This document shows, piece by piece, positions 25,983 to 36,924 of a stretch of 64,000 nucleotides of DNA; position 1 is the first letter of the stretch, and the number at the start of each line of letters is the position of its first letter. The notes under the pieces were generated by a model. The model worked only from the letters and a program-made list of their open reading frames with translations, was not told where the DNA came from and ran no database searches. The translations under genes and the position numbers were made by a program. Source of the stretch: Nitrospirota bacterium (lineage in GTDB: Bacteria > Nitrospirota > UBA9217); contig CAVUHW010000027.1 in NCBI GenBank assembly GCA_963741205.1, forward strand, positions 32,001-96,000. Reading direction: 5' to 3'.

Positions 25983-25997
25983 ATGAGGCACGAACGC

Positions 25998-26756
25998 ATG
26001 ACTAAGAAAGGCAAAACAAAGGAACCAGAAGGAATGGTCAGCCTCGCTGACGAGGACCGGGTAAAAGAGGTCCTCGTCAGCACCATCCTTGACCTGTGGG
26101 AGGCGGTGAACAATCTCACGCGTCTCCGTCCGTCGAAACGCGAGCGCTATCGGGTGACCATCTTCGGATCCGCGAGGGTACCGAGAGACTCGTGGGTCTT
26201 CAGCGAGGTCATGCGCCTGGCGCAGACCTTGTCCGGGATGGGATGCGACATCGTGACCGGAGGCGGACCGGGATTGATGCAGGCGGCGAATGAGGGTGCT
26301 GCCAGGGCGGGCAGGGCCGGCCGCAGCCGTTCCGTGGGTGTGCGCGTAGATCTGCCGTTCGAACAGAACGTCAACCCCTTCGTTGAGCAGACATTCGAAC
26401 ACAGGACGTTTTTCACCAGGCTGCACCAGTTCGTGCTCATGTCGGACGCGTTCGTTGTCGTTCCCGGAGGCGTCGGCACGGCGCTGGAGACGCTGATGAT
26501 CTGGCAGCTTTTACAAGTACGGCACCTTGACGACAGAACCCCGCTGATCCTCATTGGGAAGATGTACGCCGATCTCGTCGCGTGGGCGCGCGAGCACATG
26601 CTGAACCCGGAGTTCCCCCTTGCCGGCCAGGAAGACATGAAGATACCACTGTGTCTGAACAGCGCGGATGAAGCAATTGCCGTGATCAAGAGGCATTACG
26701 CTGTCTGGCGGAAGGAACAAGGGCGCGCGAAGACTGCGGTGAGGCGGGGCCGGTAA
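25998..26756 (+). CDS. LOG-family (Rossmann-fold nucleotide-binding) protein
   Basis: TIFGSAR, TGGGPGLMQAANEGA, LPFEQ and PGGVGTALE motifs. Confidence 0.88.
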   Translation: MTKKGKTKEPEGMVSLADEDRVKEVLVSTILDLWEAVNNLTRLRPSKRERYRVTIFGSARVPRDSWVFSEVMRLAQTLSGMGCDIVTGGGPGLMQAANEGAARAGRAGRSRSVGVRVDLPFEQNVNPFVEQTFEHRTFFTRLHQFVLMSDAFVVVPGGVGTALETLMIWQLLQVRHLDDRTPLILIGKMYADLVAWAREHMLNPEFPLAGQEDMKIPLCLNSADEAIAVIKRHYAVWRKEQGRAKTAVRRGR

Positions 26757-26915
26757 ACAGGGCAGCAGTTGGACCTGAAGCTCCGCTGGGACCAGGTCGA
26801 CTTCGCTGAATTCCTGAGAGGAGAGATTGCTTCGCTCGCAAAGATAATACCCATGCTTTTACAGCGGCCCGTCAGATGCTGATTTACAAGCGATGAGAAC
26901 GAGGAGGATAACGGC

Positions 26916-28013
26916 ATGCATCTGCTGCTGAAAGAGATACGCCGCAATCCGCTGCTGTGGCTGCTTGTGTTCGTGCCGGTGGTGTTCATCGTCGGACACC
27001 TGAGGCCCGAGGCGCCGACGCTGCTCTTTGTGTTGTCCGTTCTCGCCATCGTTCCGCTCGCGACGCTTCTTAGTCATGCCACGGAATCGGTTGCCGCAAA
27101 GACCGGCGACGCGGTCGGGGGACTGCTGAACGCCACGCTCGGGAACCTGACCGAACTGGTCATCGCCCTGTCTGCGCTTCGCGCAGGGGAGTATATGCTG
27201 GTGAAGGCGTCCATTGCCGGGGCGATCGTCACCAACTCGCTGTTCATGCTGGGCGCATCGTTCCTGCTCGGCGGGCTCAAGCACCATACGCAGGAATTCA
27301 ATCCTGCCGGAGCGAGGCTCCAGGCGGCTCAACTTTTTCTGGCGACGATTGCGATGCTCCTGCCGTCCGCTGTGGGCGCCGCGGACTCCACGCAGACAGC
27401 GGCCTTTACAGAGAAGCTGAGCGTTTACCTGTCGCTCTTATTGATCGCGATCTACGGGCTCGGGCTGCTTTTCTCGCTTAAGACGCACCGCGAGTTTTTT
27501 GGCGCCGCGGAGCATCACGGGGAGGAGGACACAGCACCGTGGCCAATCGGCCTGGCACTGGGGACCCTGGCCGGCGTGACCGTGCTGGTAGCGCTCGTCA
27601 GCGAAATCTTTGTCGAGTCCGTGCAGGGCGCCGCGCTCGAACTGGGGATGTCCAAGGCGTTCGTCGGGTTCATCGTTGTGGCGCTCGTGGGCGCTGCTGC
27701 GGAAATGGCTGCTGCATTCTCGGGGGCGCGCAAGAATCGTCTGGACCTGAGCGTTGGCATAGCCCTCGGCAGCGCGACGCAGATCGCGCTGTTCGTGGCG
27801 CCGGTGCTGGTGCTTGCAAGCTACGCCCTGGGGCCATCGCCGATGACGCTCCAGTTCTGGCCTGGCGCCGTGTTCATGGTGCTGATCGCTACCGTTACGG
27901 CATCGTTCGTTGCCAACGGCGGACGCTCTGCTTGGTTCGTAGGCGCGCTGGTCCTGGCTGTCTATCTGACCTTCGCCGTCACGCTCTACCTTCTTCCTCC
28001 CCGCGTACCGTGA
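26916..28013 (+). CDS. cax: Calcium/proton exchanger (CAX)
   Basis: GLLNATLGNLTEL, GAAAE and GSATQIALF motifs; about 10 hydrophobic helices. Confidence 0.9.
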   Translation: MHLLLKEIRRNPLLWLLVFVPVVFIVGHLRPEAPTLLFVLSVLAIVPLATLLSHATESVAAKTGDAVGGLLNATLGNLTELVIALSALRAGEYMLVKASIAGAIVTNSLFMLGASFLLGGLKHHTQEFNPAGARLQAAQLFLATIAMLLPSAVGAADSTQTAAFTEKLSVYLSLLLIAIYGLGLLFSLKTHREFFGAAEHHGEEDTAPWPIGLALGTLAGVTVLVALVSEIFVESVQGAALELGMSKAFVGFIVVALVGAAAEMAAAFSGARKNRLDLSVGIALGSATQIALFVAPVLVLASYALGPSPMTLQFWPGAVFMVLIATVTASFVANGGRSAWFVGALVLAVYLTFAVTLYLLPPRVP

Positions 28014-28087
28014 AACGAAGGAGCGAGGAATCGGGGGAGAAACAATGGCATTAGCGCTTTCATTATTGTTCTGTACATACTTCAAGT

Positions 28088-28165
28088 CGTCATCCCCGAA
28101 TGATTCTATCGGGGATCCAGGATGAAAAACACTAAAACTGGATTCCCGCGTTCGCGGGAATGACG
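28088..28165. repeat. REP-like inverted repeat pair
   Basis: CGTCATCCCCGA...GATCCAG / CTGGATTCCCGCGTTCGCGGGAATGACG. Confidence 0.85.
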
Positions 28166-28272
28166 AACGAATTGTGTTTCGTGCCGGGTGCAAGTCTATT
28201 TCTTAAGGTAAACGGCGTGTTCTACAGTGTGGGGGCGTCGATGATAGAAAAAATAATCCAAGGAGGGATATT

Positions 28273-28839
28273 ATGAGGAACAAAGGAATTGTCGGATGTA
28301 TGATCGCACTGATTCTGCTTTTCGCCACCGCATCGAACGCGGCGCCAGTTGCCGAAGAGAACCCGAGTTTCACCATCACCGAAACAAAGACGACGACGGA
28401 GAAGGTGGAGAACGTCGATTATACGACGCGGAAGGTCACGTTGAAGGATGAATCAGGAAAGGTGAGGACTGTGAAGGCAGGGACAGATATCCACAACCTC
28501 GACAAGCTGAAGATAGGAGATGAGGTGACTGTCGAGATTTTCCAGACCGTCTCGGGGGAGGTCAAGCCGGGTTCGGGAGATCCGATGAATATCAGCAAGG
28601 AAGGGCAGACAGCGCCCTTGCCGGGCGAGAAGCCCTCGGGCATTCGCACGGTCGAGGGAACGCTGAAAACAAAGATCGAGTCCATCAACTACGATAAACG
28701 CACGGTCAGCTTCAAGGGCCGCGACGGAAACATGAAGACCTACCGGATAGGTCCGGAGGCGAAGCGGTTCAACGAAATCAGGAGCGGGGACATGCTCTGG
28801 GTGGAGTATTCTCAGACCACCAAGATGACCGTGAAGTAA
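28273..28839 (+). CDS. Secreted hypothetical protein with two internal OB-fold-like repeats
   Basis: Signal peptide; KVENVDYTTRKVTLK...LKIGDEV repeated as KIESINYDKRTVSFK...IRSGDML. Confidence 0.7.
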   Translation: MRNKGIVGCMIALILLFATASNAAPVAEENPSFTITETKTTTEKVENVDYTTRKVTLKDESGKVRTVKAGTDIHNLDKLKIGDEVTVEIFQTVSGEVKPGSGDPMNISKEGQTAPLPGEKPSGIRTVEGTLKTKIESINYDKRTVSFKGRDGNMKTYRIGPEAKRFNEIRSGDMLWVEYSQTTKMTVK

Positions 28840-28898
28840 TATCGATCGTCTTTGTCCGCGTCAGAGGTTTTCATAATGTACCGGAAGGAGTATGTCGG

Positions 28899-30951
28899 AT
28901 GAATGCAGGCCAAAGCTCACCGCTCGGCGCATCGATGCGCCGTAGCGGAGTCAATTTCAGCGTGTACTCGAGCAGCGCCACGGGTGTGGAACTGCTATTC
29001 TTCGACCGGGAAGACGACTCGCGGCCCAGTCGCACGGTGCGCCTCGATCCCGAGGCTAATCGCTCGTACCACTACTGGCATGTCTTCATTCCGGACGTGA
29101 AAGCAGGGCAGCTCTACGGCTACCGTGTCGAGGGACCACACGATCCCGGGAAGGGTATGCGGTTCGATTCATCCAAGGTCCTGCTGGACCCTTACGGCCG
29201 CGGAGTTGTGGTCCCGAAGCACTACGACCACGTTGCAGCCGGCAGGGTAGGGGACAACGCGGCAACTGCGATGAAGAGCGTGGTGGTGGATCCGCGGGCC
29301 TATGATTGGGAAGGAGATGCGCCGCTCAAACGTCAGTCGGCGCAGACGGTGGTGTATGAGATGCATGTCGCGGGATTCACGCGAAATCCGAACTCCGGTG
29401 TCGCTCCGGCTAAACGCGGCACCTATGCCGGCCTGATCGAGAAGATCCCCTATCTTCAGAAGCTGGGCATCACCGCTGTCGAACTGCTGCCGGTCTTCCA
29501 GTATGATGCCCAGGACTGTCCGCCGGGGAAGGTCAACTACTGGGGCTACGCGCCGGTCTCGTACTTCGCCCCTCACCATGCATACAGTTCGCGCAAGGAC
29601 GCGCTCGGAGCGGTGGACGAGTTCCGTGATATGGTAAAGGCGCTCCACCGGGCGGGCATCGAGGTGATCCTCGACGTGGTGTACAATCATACTGCCGAAG
29701 GCAACCATGAAGGTCCGACGCTCTGCTATCGGGGGTTCGAGAACGAGGCATACTACATCCTGGAACCGGATAAGCGCTATTATTCCAACTACACGGGTTG
29801 CGGGAATACGCTTGATGCAAGCAATCCCATCGTGCGGCGGATGATCATCGACAGCCTGCACCACTGGGTCACCGAGATGCATGTGGACGGATTCCGGTTC
29901 GACCTCGCGTCGATCCTCACGCGGGACAAGCAGGGGATACCCCTGGCGAACCCGCCCATTCTCTGGGACATCGAGACGAGCCCGATACTGGCCGGCACCA
30001 AGCTCATTGCCGAGGCCTGGGACGCGGCAGGACTGTACCAGGTGGGCAGCTTCATCGGCGAAAGCTGGAAGGAATGGAACGGGCGGTTCCGCGATGATAC
30101 CCGCAGCTTCTTCCGGGGTGAAGATGGTTCGACAGCCCGCTTTGCCGACCGGCTGATCGGCAGCCCCGAGATCTTCGGCCACGAGGAGCGTGAGCCCGAA
30201 CAGAGCGTTAACTTCGTGACCTGCCACGACGGCTTCACCCTCAATGACCTCGTCTCCTACAACGACAAGCACAACGAGGCGAACGGAGAAGACAACCGCG
30301 ACGGGTCGAACGACAACGGGAGCTGGAACTGCGGCGTCGAGGGACCGACCGACGATCCCGCGGTTGAAAAACTGAGAAACCGGCAGGTTAAAAACTTCCT
30401 GGCCACGACGCTGCTCTCGGTGGGGATGCCCATGATCCTGATGGGCGACGAGGTGCGCCAGACCCAGGGGGGCAACAACAACGCGTACTGCCAGGACAAT
30501 GAGATCAGCTGGTTCGATTGGTCGCTGGTCGAGAAACATGCGGATGTGCTTCGGTTCGCGACCCTCCTGATAGAACGGAGGCGGCTCAGGGACGCGGCGC
30601 ACGAGCGGCAACGAATGAGCCTGAACCAGCTCATCCGGAGGGCGAAAAGCTCCTGGCATGGCGTAAAACTGAACCAGCCCGACTGGAGCAGTCAATCCCA
30701 TAGTGTGGCATTCACCGCTGAACTGCAGAATGAGAAGATGTTCTTTCACCTCATCCTGAACGCCTATCTGGGAGCGGCTCGACTTTGAGCTGCCGCCTCT
30801 GGAAAATAACGGCAGGTGGCGCCGGTGGATCGACACTGCCCTCGATTCCCCTCAGGATATCGTTCCGTGGCAGACGTCGCCGACGATTTCCGGTCCCGCC
30901 TATCGGGCCGAACCGCGTTCGGTCGTAGTTCTTTTTTCAGGAGGCTCATGA
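28899..30951 (+). CDS. glgX: Glycogen debranching enzyme (frameshift near 30769)
   Basis: YEMHV, NYWGY, DVVYNHT, DGFRFDLA, AEAWD, CHDGFTL and GNNNAYCQDNE motifs. Confidence 0.95.
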
Positions 30952-31118
30952 ACGTTGATGCAAAAACTCGGGATATAACGCTCCAATCGGAACGGTCCCA
31001 ATAATTAATATTTTCTTACACTTGGACCTTCACCTCGAAATATCGTGGCTGCCGTGAAATATAGTAGTACCAGCAACTTAATTTAGTCACTCCGTGCAGT
31101 TCCATTCGCCGGTTCAAA

Positions 31119-31177
31119 TCAATTTCAAAGACTTAGTGGAATGGATAGGATCGACGATCCCGGCACGAAATTTGATA
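31119..31177 (+). promoter_or_regulatory. Putative IHF site plus sigma54 promoter, copy 2
   Basis: TCAATTTCAAAGACTTA and GGCACGAAATTTGATA are identical to copy 1; GAAATAT occurs twice further upstream (about 31037 and 31056). Confidence 0.55.
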
Positions 31178-31254
31178 GATGTTCTGATGGCGTTATTTCG
31201 TCACCTTGTTTTATCCCACACAGTGGAAGGAATACCCATACAAAGGAGCGTGTC

Positions 31255-31578
31255 ATGATTATCGCAACGATAAGAATGATGGTGCCTCAGGAAAAACGTC
31301 AGGAGATGCTGCAGACGGTCAGCGCGCTCACCGGAATGGCTCGAAAAGAGAGGGGGTGCCATGCCTGCGACGTGTATATTGACACGGAGAACTCCGATAC
31401 ATTCCTGATGATGGAAGAATGGGATTCCCAGGAGGACTTCGACCGCCATGTCCGCGCCTCCACCTTCAGCGCGTTGCTCGGGGCGTTGACGCTCCTGAAA
31501 GAGCGGCCGGATGTCCGGATCAACGCAGTTGCGGAAACGGCCGGCATGGAGAAGATCAAGGCCGTACGGGCGGCATGA
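31255..31578 (+). CDS. ABM-family / putative quinol monooxygenase, copy 2
   Basis: Near-identical to 164-488; AAGGAG RBS. Confidence 0.85.
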   Translation: MIIATIRMMVPQEKRQEMLQTVSALTGMARKERGCHACDVYIDTENSDTFLMMEEWDSQEDFDRHVRASTFSALLGALTLLKERPDVRINAVAETAGMEKIKAVRAA

Positions 31579-31822
31579 TCCAGGAAGGATATGGTAGCGT
31601 TGACCAATCGTTTGCCATGGGAATTTGAGGAATATATTTAAGATGAAGTGAGGGGAGTAACTATGATAAAGTTAAACATGAATAAAAGCCTATACATGAC
31701 TGTAATTATTACTATTTATCATATGCAGTCAGTCCTTAGCTTAACCAGACAGCAATGGCCTGATGGTTGACACGAAGTTTGTGATGGACACTTAATCTCC
31801 CAGGAAAAAAGAAGGACGTAAT

Positions 31823-32233
31823 ATGCGACAGGATATGGTGTGGATGGTGGTTGTTGGTATGGTGCTGGTGTTCAGTGGGGGCGCCTCGGCAGAACAGTCG
31901 TTGATCGAAAGCGTGGCAAAGGAGTGTGAAAAGGAGATTAAAGCGTACTGCAAAGACGTGACGCCCGGCGAAGGGCGGATTCTTGCCTGCCTCTATGGGC
32001 GATGGGACAAGCTGTCGGACCAGTGTGATTATGCGCTGTTCGATGCCGCGGCGCAGCTCAATCGGGCAGTGTCGACCTTGAGCTACGTGGTAAACGAGTG
32101 CCGGGACGAACTGAAGACCTATTGCTCCGACATCTACCCCGGCGAGGGACGGCTGCTCCAGTGCCTCGAAAGGAACGATGAGAAGGTCAGCAAGCGGTGC
32201 AAGCAGGCACTGAAAGATACGGGTTTGAAATAG
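31823..32233 (+). CDS. Secreted cysteine-rich repeat protein (GLG1/Cys_rich_FGFR-like) 1
   Basis: Signal peptide; two C..E...YC....PGEGR...CL......S..C repeats (8 Cys). Confidence 0.85.
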   Translation: MRQDMVWMVVVGMVLVFSGGASAEQSLIESVAKECEKEIKAYCKDVTPGEGRILACLYGRWDKLSDQCDYALFDAAAQLNRAVSTLSYVVNECRDELKTYCSDIYPGEGRLLQCLERNDEKVSKRCKQALKDTGLK

Positions 32234-32366
32234 CGGCCGATGGATTCCGAATGCTTTTCTTTGTCCCTCTCCGGAAGGGAAGGATGTAGATGATGGTTCG
32301 AATCTGTCCGGTGTCGGCATGCTGAACACCCGAGGATAGCAACCGGTGACAGTGTTTTTTCTCACA

Positions 32367-32395
32367 TTGACTCTTAAAGCCGTGCATGATACAGT
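32367..32395 (+). promoter_or_regulatory. Sigma70-type promoter for the RND operon
   Basis: TTGACT-N17-TACAGT with a TG extended -10. Confidence 0.5.
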
Positions 32396-32523
32396 CAACA
32401 TTAATTCTTCCTCACGTTTGATCAACTGCCATCATGCCGAGGAACTTTCGTTAATCAAGGCCTGCATGGTTGGGAGATTGCAGGTTCGGCGTTCAAAATA
32501 ATTTATCCTCCGGGAGGTGTTCC

Positions 32524-33759
32524 ATGAGTTGTACTACGCAGCAACTGAAAAGCAACAGGTCCCTATTCCCGATCGTTACGCGGACCATACTTGGCCTTGT
32601 CGCACTGGTTGTTGCAGGGACGCTGATCGCCGGCTGCAAGAAGGAAGTGAAAGTCAGCGGGCCGACGGACGTTGACGTGGCGGAGGCCGTCAAGCAGGAC
32701 GTCCAGGTGGTCAGGGAGTGGGTGGGCAGCATGGACGGGTCGGTCAACGCCGTGATCCGCGCCCAGGTCCAGGGTTACCTCATAAAGCAGATGTACACGG
32801 AGGGGCAGCTTGTCAAAAAAGGACAGGCAATGTTCCAGATAGACCCCCGGACCTTCCAGGCCGCCCTGGCCCAGACCAAGGCAGACGTGGCGCAGAAGAA
32901 GGCGCGCTGGAACACGACCAAGGCGAACCTTGCGCGCGTCAGGCCGCTGGCCGAGCAGCATGCGGTGAGCATAAAGGATCTTGATGACGCCATTGGGAAC
33001 GAGCAGTCGGCCCATGCCGCCTACGACTCGGCAAAAGCTGCCATGGACAAGGCGAAGCTCGACCTCGGATTTACGCAGATCGCCTCGCCCATAGACGGCA
33101 TCGCGGGCATCGCCAAGGCCCAGATCGGTAATCTCGTCGGGCCGGGCCAAACCGAGGAGCTCACTACCGTTTCGGACGTCAATCCAATCAAGGTCTGGAT
33201 CCCCATCAGCGAGCAGGAGTTCCTTCATGCCCAGGCGGGCAAACCAATGAAGGGTCAGCCGAAACGTCAGATCGACCTGATTCTTGCCGACGGGAACGTC
33301 TATCCCCAAAAGGGTGAGTTCGCCTTTGCGGACAGGCAGGTGGACCCCTCGACCGGTACACTCAAGATCGCGGTCCTTTTCCCGAACCCGGAGAATGTGC
33401 TCAGGCCGGGCCAGTACGCCAAGGTCCGCGCGGTCATGGAAACGATCCCGGGGGCCGTGGTGGTTCCCCAGCGCGCCGTGAACGAGCTGCAGGGCAACTT
33501 CCAGGTGGCTGTCGTCGGACCTGACAACAAGGTCTCGGTCCGGACCGTGAAGGCGGGTCCCAAGACCGGGTCCCTGGTGGTGATCACGGAGGGGCTCAAG
33601 CCCGGAGAACGTATTGTGGTCGAGGGGCTCCAGAAGGTGAAGGACGGGATGACGGTCAATCCAAAACTGGTGTCCCCGGAGACGCCGGAGGCAGCTCCGT
33701 CTGCACCGCAACCCGCGCCCACCTCCGGCGGAAAACCCGTCGCGGGCCACGAACAATAG
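32524..33759 (+). CDS. RND periplasmic adaptor (MFP) lipoprotein
   Basis: IAGC lipobox, IRAQVQGY, ASPIDG, VDPSTGT and LRPGQYA motifs. Confidence 0.92.
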   Translation: MSCTTQQLKSNRSLFPIVTRTILGLVALVVAGTLIAGCKKEVKVSGPTDVDVAEAVKQDVQVVREWVGSMDGSVNAVIRAQVQGYLIKQMYTEGQLVKKGQAMFQIDPRTFQAALAQTKADVAQKKARWNTTKANLARVRPLAEQHAVSIKDLDDAIGNEQSAHAAYDSAKAAMDKAKLDLGFTQIASPIDGIAGIAKAQIGNLVGPGQTEELTTVSDVNPIKVWIPISEQEFLHAQAGKPMKGQPKRQIDLILADGNVYPQKGEFAFADRQVDPSTGTLKIAVLFPNPENVLRPGQYAKVRAVMETIPGAVVVPQRAVNELQGNFQVAVVGPDNKVSVRTVKAGPKTGSLVVITEGLKPGERIVVEGLQKVKDGMTVNPKLVSPETPEAAPSAPQPAPTSGGKPVAGHEQ

Positions 33760-33771
33760 GAGGCGATTGCC

Positions 33772-36700
33772 ATGGTTAAATTTTTTATCAACCGGCCCAT
33801 CGTTGCGATCGTCATCTCGATCATCATCGTCATCGTCGGCATCGTCTCGATCCTCGGCCTTCCCATCGCCCAGTACCCGAACATCGTGCCGCCTGAAATG
33901 GTGATCGACACGACCTATGTGGGCGCCGACGCCCAGACCGTTGAGCAGTCCGTAGCCACGCCCATCGAACAGCAGATGAGCGGCGTGGACAACATGAACT
34001 ACATGTACTCGCTCAACGCGAACAACGGGCAGATGAAGATGTACGTCAACTTCGACGTGAAGACGGACCCGAACATCGACCAGGTGCTCACCCAGATGCG
34101 CCAGGGTCAGGCCGCCTCCCAGCTTCCGTCCGACGTGCGCAACTTTGGCGTCACCGTCAAGAAGTCCACGTCGTCGCCGCTCATGGTCGTCTCGCTCACT
34201 TCGCCCAAGGGGACCTACGACGAGGTGTTCCTGGCGAACTACGCCAATATCAACATCAACGACCAGTTGACGCGCGTCCCCGGCATCGCCAGCGTCACGG
34301 TCTTCGGCGCCGGCCAGTACGCCATGCGCGTCTGGGTGCGTCCGGACCGGCTCGCGACCCTGAACATAACGATCCCGGAGATCACCGCCGCCATCCAGAA
34401 GCAGAACACCGTTAATCCTGCCGGCAAAGTGGGCGCCGAGCCCGCGCCTCCCGGCATGGAGTTTACCTACGCCGTCCGCGCCCAGGGGCGGCTCATAACA
34501 CCGGAGGAGTTCGGCCAGGTGGTCCTGCGGGCCAATCCCGACGGCTCGCTCGTGCGGCTCAAGGACGTGGCGCGCATCGAGCTAGGCGCCCAGACCTACG
34601 AGATGAAAGGCAGGCTCAACGGGAAGCCGGCGGCAGTGCTCGGCCTCTACCAGCTGCCGGGTACGAACGCGATCAACGCCGTGGACGGCGTCAAGAAGCT
34701 GATGAAGGAGGTCAGCAAGAACTTCCCCCAGGACCTGGAGTACAAGATCGCCCTGGACACGACCGAGGCGGTGCGGGAGGGCATCAGCGAGATCATCAGT
34801 ACGCTCATTGAGGCGATGATCCTCGTGATCATCGTGGTCTTCATCTTCCTGCAGGGCTGGCGGGCCACGCTCATCCCGGCGCTTGCCGTGCCGGTCTCGC
34901 TCATCGGCACCTTCGCCTTTTTCCCGGTGATCGGCTTCTCCATCAACACGATCGCGCTCATGGGCATGGTGCTGGCCATCGGTCTCGTCGTTGACGATGC
35001 CATCGTGGTGGTGGAGGCGGTGGAGCACCATATCGAGAAGGGCAAGACGCCCAAGGAAGCGGCCATGAAGGCCATGGAAGAGGTTGCCGGCCCCGTGGTG
35101 GCGATCGGCCTCGTGCTCTCCGCGGTCTTCCTGCCGACCGTATTCATCCCCGGCATCACCGGCAAGCTCTACCAGCAGTTCGCGGTCACCATCGCCATCT
35201 CGATGATGATCTCGGTCTTCGTGGCGTTGTCGCTCAGCCCGGCGCTCTCGGCCCTGATCCTGAAGCCGAGGAAGCCGGCCCGCGGTCTGCTTGGAAAGTT
35301 CTACGCGTGGTTCAATAACATGTTCGGCAAATCCACGAACGGGTACGTCCGGTTCTGCGGAACGCTCATCCGGAAGTCCGCCATGAGCCTCATCTTCCTC
35401 GGCATTATCACGCTGCTGGTCGGGGTCCTGGGCAAGGGGCTGCCGGGCGGGTTCCTGCCCGAAGAGGACCAGGGCTACTTCTATGCAGGCATCCAGCTTC
35501 CGAACGCCTCTTCGCTCCAGCGGACCGACGCTGCGGTGAAGGACATGGAAAAGATCATCATGGATACGCCGGGCGTCGAGTACTGCACAAGCATCATGGG
35601 ATACAGCATGCTCTCCGGCGTGGTGAACACCTACAGCGGTTTCTTCTTCGTTACCCTGAAACCATGGGGCGAACGGAAAAGCGCAGAAGAGAAATACAGC
35701 AATCTCCTGGCGGGCCTGAACGCCAAACTGGCCAAGATGCCGCAGGGCGTGGCGTTCGCCTTCTCGCCGCCCGCCATCCCGGGCATCGGCACCGCGGGCG
35801 GCGTGACCTTCCTGCTCGAGGACCGGGCCGGCAAGGACATCGCCTTCCTGGCCCAGAACACCCAGAAGTTCATGGCCGAAGCGGTAAAGCGGCCCGAGAT
35901 CGCCCGGGCGACCACGACCTTTCTGCCTACGGTGCCGCAGCTCTTCATCAACGTGGACCGCGACAAGGTCCTGAAGCAGGGCGTGGACCTGCAGAACGTC
36001 TATGGTACCCTTCAGGCCTTCATGGGCGGCGCCTTCGTGAACTACTTCAACCGGTTCGGCAGACAGTGGCAGGTCTACGTTCAGGCCGAAGGCGACGCGC
36101 GCGTCCGCGCCGAGCAGCTTGGACAGTTCTACGTGCGGAACAGCAAGGGCCAGCCCGTACCGCTCTCGGCGGTCACGAGCATTGAGCAGCGCTCAGGCCC
36201 GGAATTCACCATGCGGTACAATCTTTACCGTTCAGCCCAGATCAACGTTGTGCCGAAGCCGGGCTACAGCTCGACCCAGGCTATGCAAGCACTGCAGGAG
36301 GTCTTCAAAGCGACCATGCCGACGGAGATGGGATATGACTACCTCGGTATGTCCTTCCAGGAAAAGAAGGCCCAGGAAGGTGTTCCTGCGTGGGTGGTCT
36401 TCGCGCTGTCGCTGCTCTTTGTCTTCCTGATCCTGGCGGCGCAGTACGAGAGCTGGTCGTTGCCCTTCAGTGTGCTGCTCGGCACACCGATCGCCGTGTT
36501 CGGCGCCTTTGCCGCCATCTTCATCGGCCGGATGGAACTGAACATTTATGCCCAGATCGGCCTTGTCATGCTGATCGGGCTGGCTGCCAAGAACGCCATC
36601 CTGATCGTCGAGTTCGCGAAAATCGAATACGACAAGGGCAAGAGCGCCGAGGACGCTGCCCTGGAAGGCGCTAAACTTCGGCTGCGGCCGATCCTGATGA

Positions 36701-36924
36701 CCTCATTCGCCTTCATCCTCGGGTGCGTGCCGCTTGCCACGGCGTCGGGTGCCGGCGCCCTGTCGAGGAACGTCATGGGTCTCGGGGTGATCGGCGGCAT
36801 GCTCGCCGCAACGGGCATTGGCGTGTTCCTGATCCCCGTGGCCTTCACCGTGGTCGAGAAACTGTCCCACAAAAAGAAACCGCACAGCGGATCGCAGGGA
36901 CCGGGAAAGGAAGGACACGAATAA
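33772..36924 (+). CDS. RND efflux permease (HAE1/AcrB-like)
   Basis: 1050 aa; FINRPI, GLVVDDAIVVVE, KNAILIVE and RLRPILMTS motifs. Confidence 0.96.
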   Translation: MVKFFINRPIVAIVISIIIVIVGIVSILGLPIAQYPNIVPPEMVIDTTYVGADAQTVEQSVATPIEQQMSGVDNMNYMYSLNANNGQMKMYVNFDVKTDPNIDQVLTQMRQGQAASQLPSDVRNFGVTVKKSTSSPLMVVSLTSPKGTYDEVFLANYANININDQLTRVPGIASVTVFGAGQYAMRVWVRPDRLATLNITIPEITAAIQKQNTVNPAGKVGAEPAPPGMEFTYAVRAQGRLITPEEFGQVVLRANPDGSLVRLKDVARIELGAQTYEMKGRLNGKPAAVLGLYQLPGTNAINAVDGVKKLMKEVSKNFPQDLEYKIALDTTEAVREGISEIISTLIEAMILVIIVVFIFLQGWRATLIPALAVPVSLIGTFAFFPVIGFSINTIALMGMVLAIGLVVDDAIVVVEAVEHHIEKGKTPKEAAMKAMEEVAGPVVAIGLVLSAVFLPTVFIPGITGKLYQQFAVTIAISMMISVFVALSLSPALSALILKPRKPARGLLGKFYAWFNNMFGKSTNGYVRFCGTLIRKSAMSLIFLGIITLLVGVLGKGLPGGFLPEEDQGYFYAGIQLPNASSLQRTDAAVKDMEKIIMDTPGVEYCTSIMGYSMLSGVVNTYSGFFFVTLKPWGERKSAEEKYSNLLAGLNAKLAKMPQGVAFAFSPPAIPGIGTAGGVTFLLEDRAGKDIAFLAQNTQKFMAEAVKRPEIARATTTFLPTVPQLFINVDRDKVLKQGVDLQNVYGTLQAFMGGAFVNYFNRFGRQWQVYVQAEGDARVRAEQLGQFYVRNSKGQPVPLSAVTSIEQRSGPEFTMRYNLYRSAQINVVPKPGYSSTQAMQALQEVFKATMPTEMGYDYLGMSFQEKKAQEGVPAWVVFALSLLFVFLILAAQYESWSLPFSVLLGTPIAVFGAFAAIFIGRMELNIYAQIGLVMLIGLAAKNAILIVEFAKIEYDKGKSAEDAALEGAKLRLRPILMTSFAFILGCVPLATASGAGALSRNVMGLGVIGGMLAATGIGVFLIPVAFTVVEKLSHKKKPHSGSQGPGKEGHE

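Noticed and set aside
31768-31782. Third sigma54-like site TGACACG-AAGT-TTGT
   Set aside because: It lacks both the invariant GG and GC dinucleotides, so it is too weak to call.
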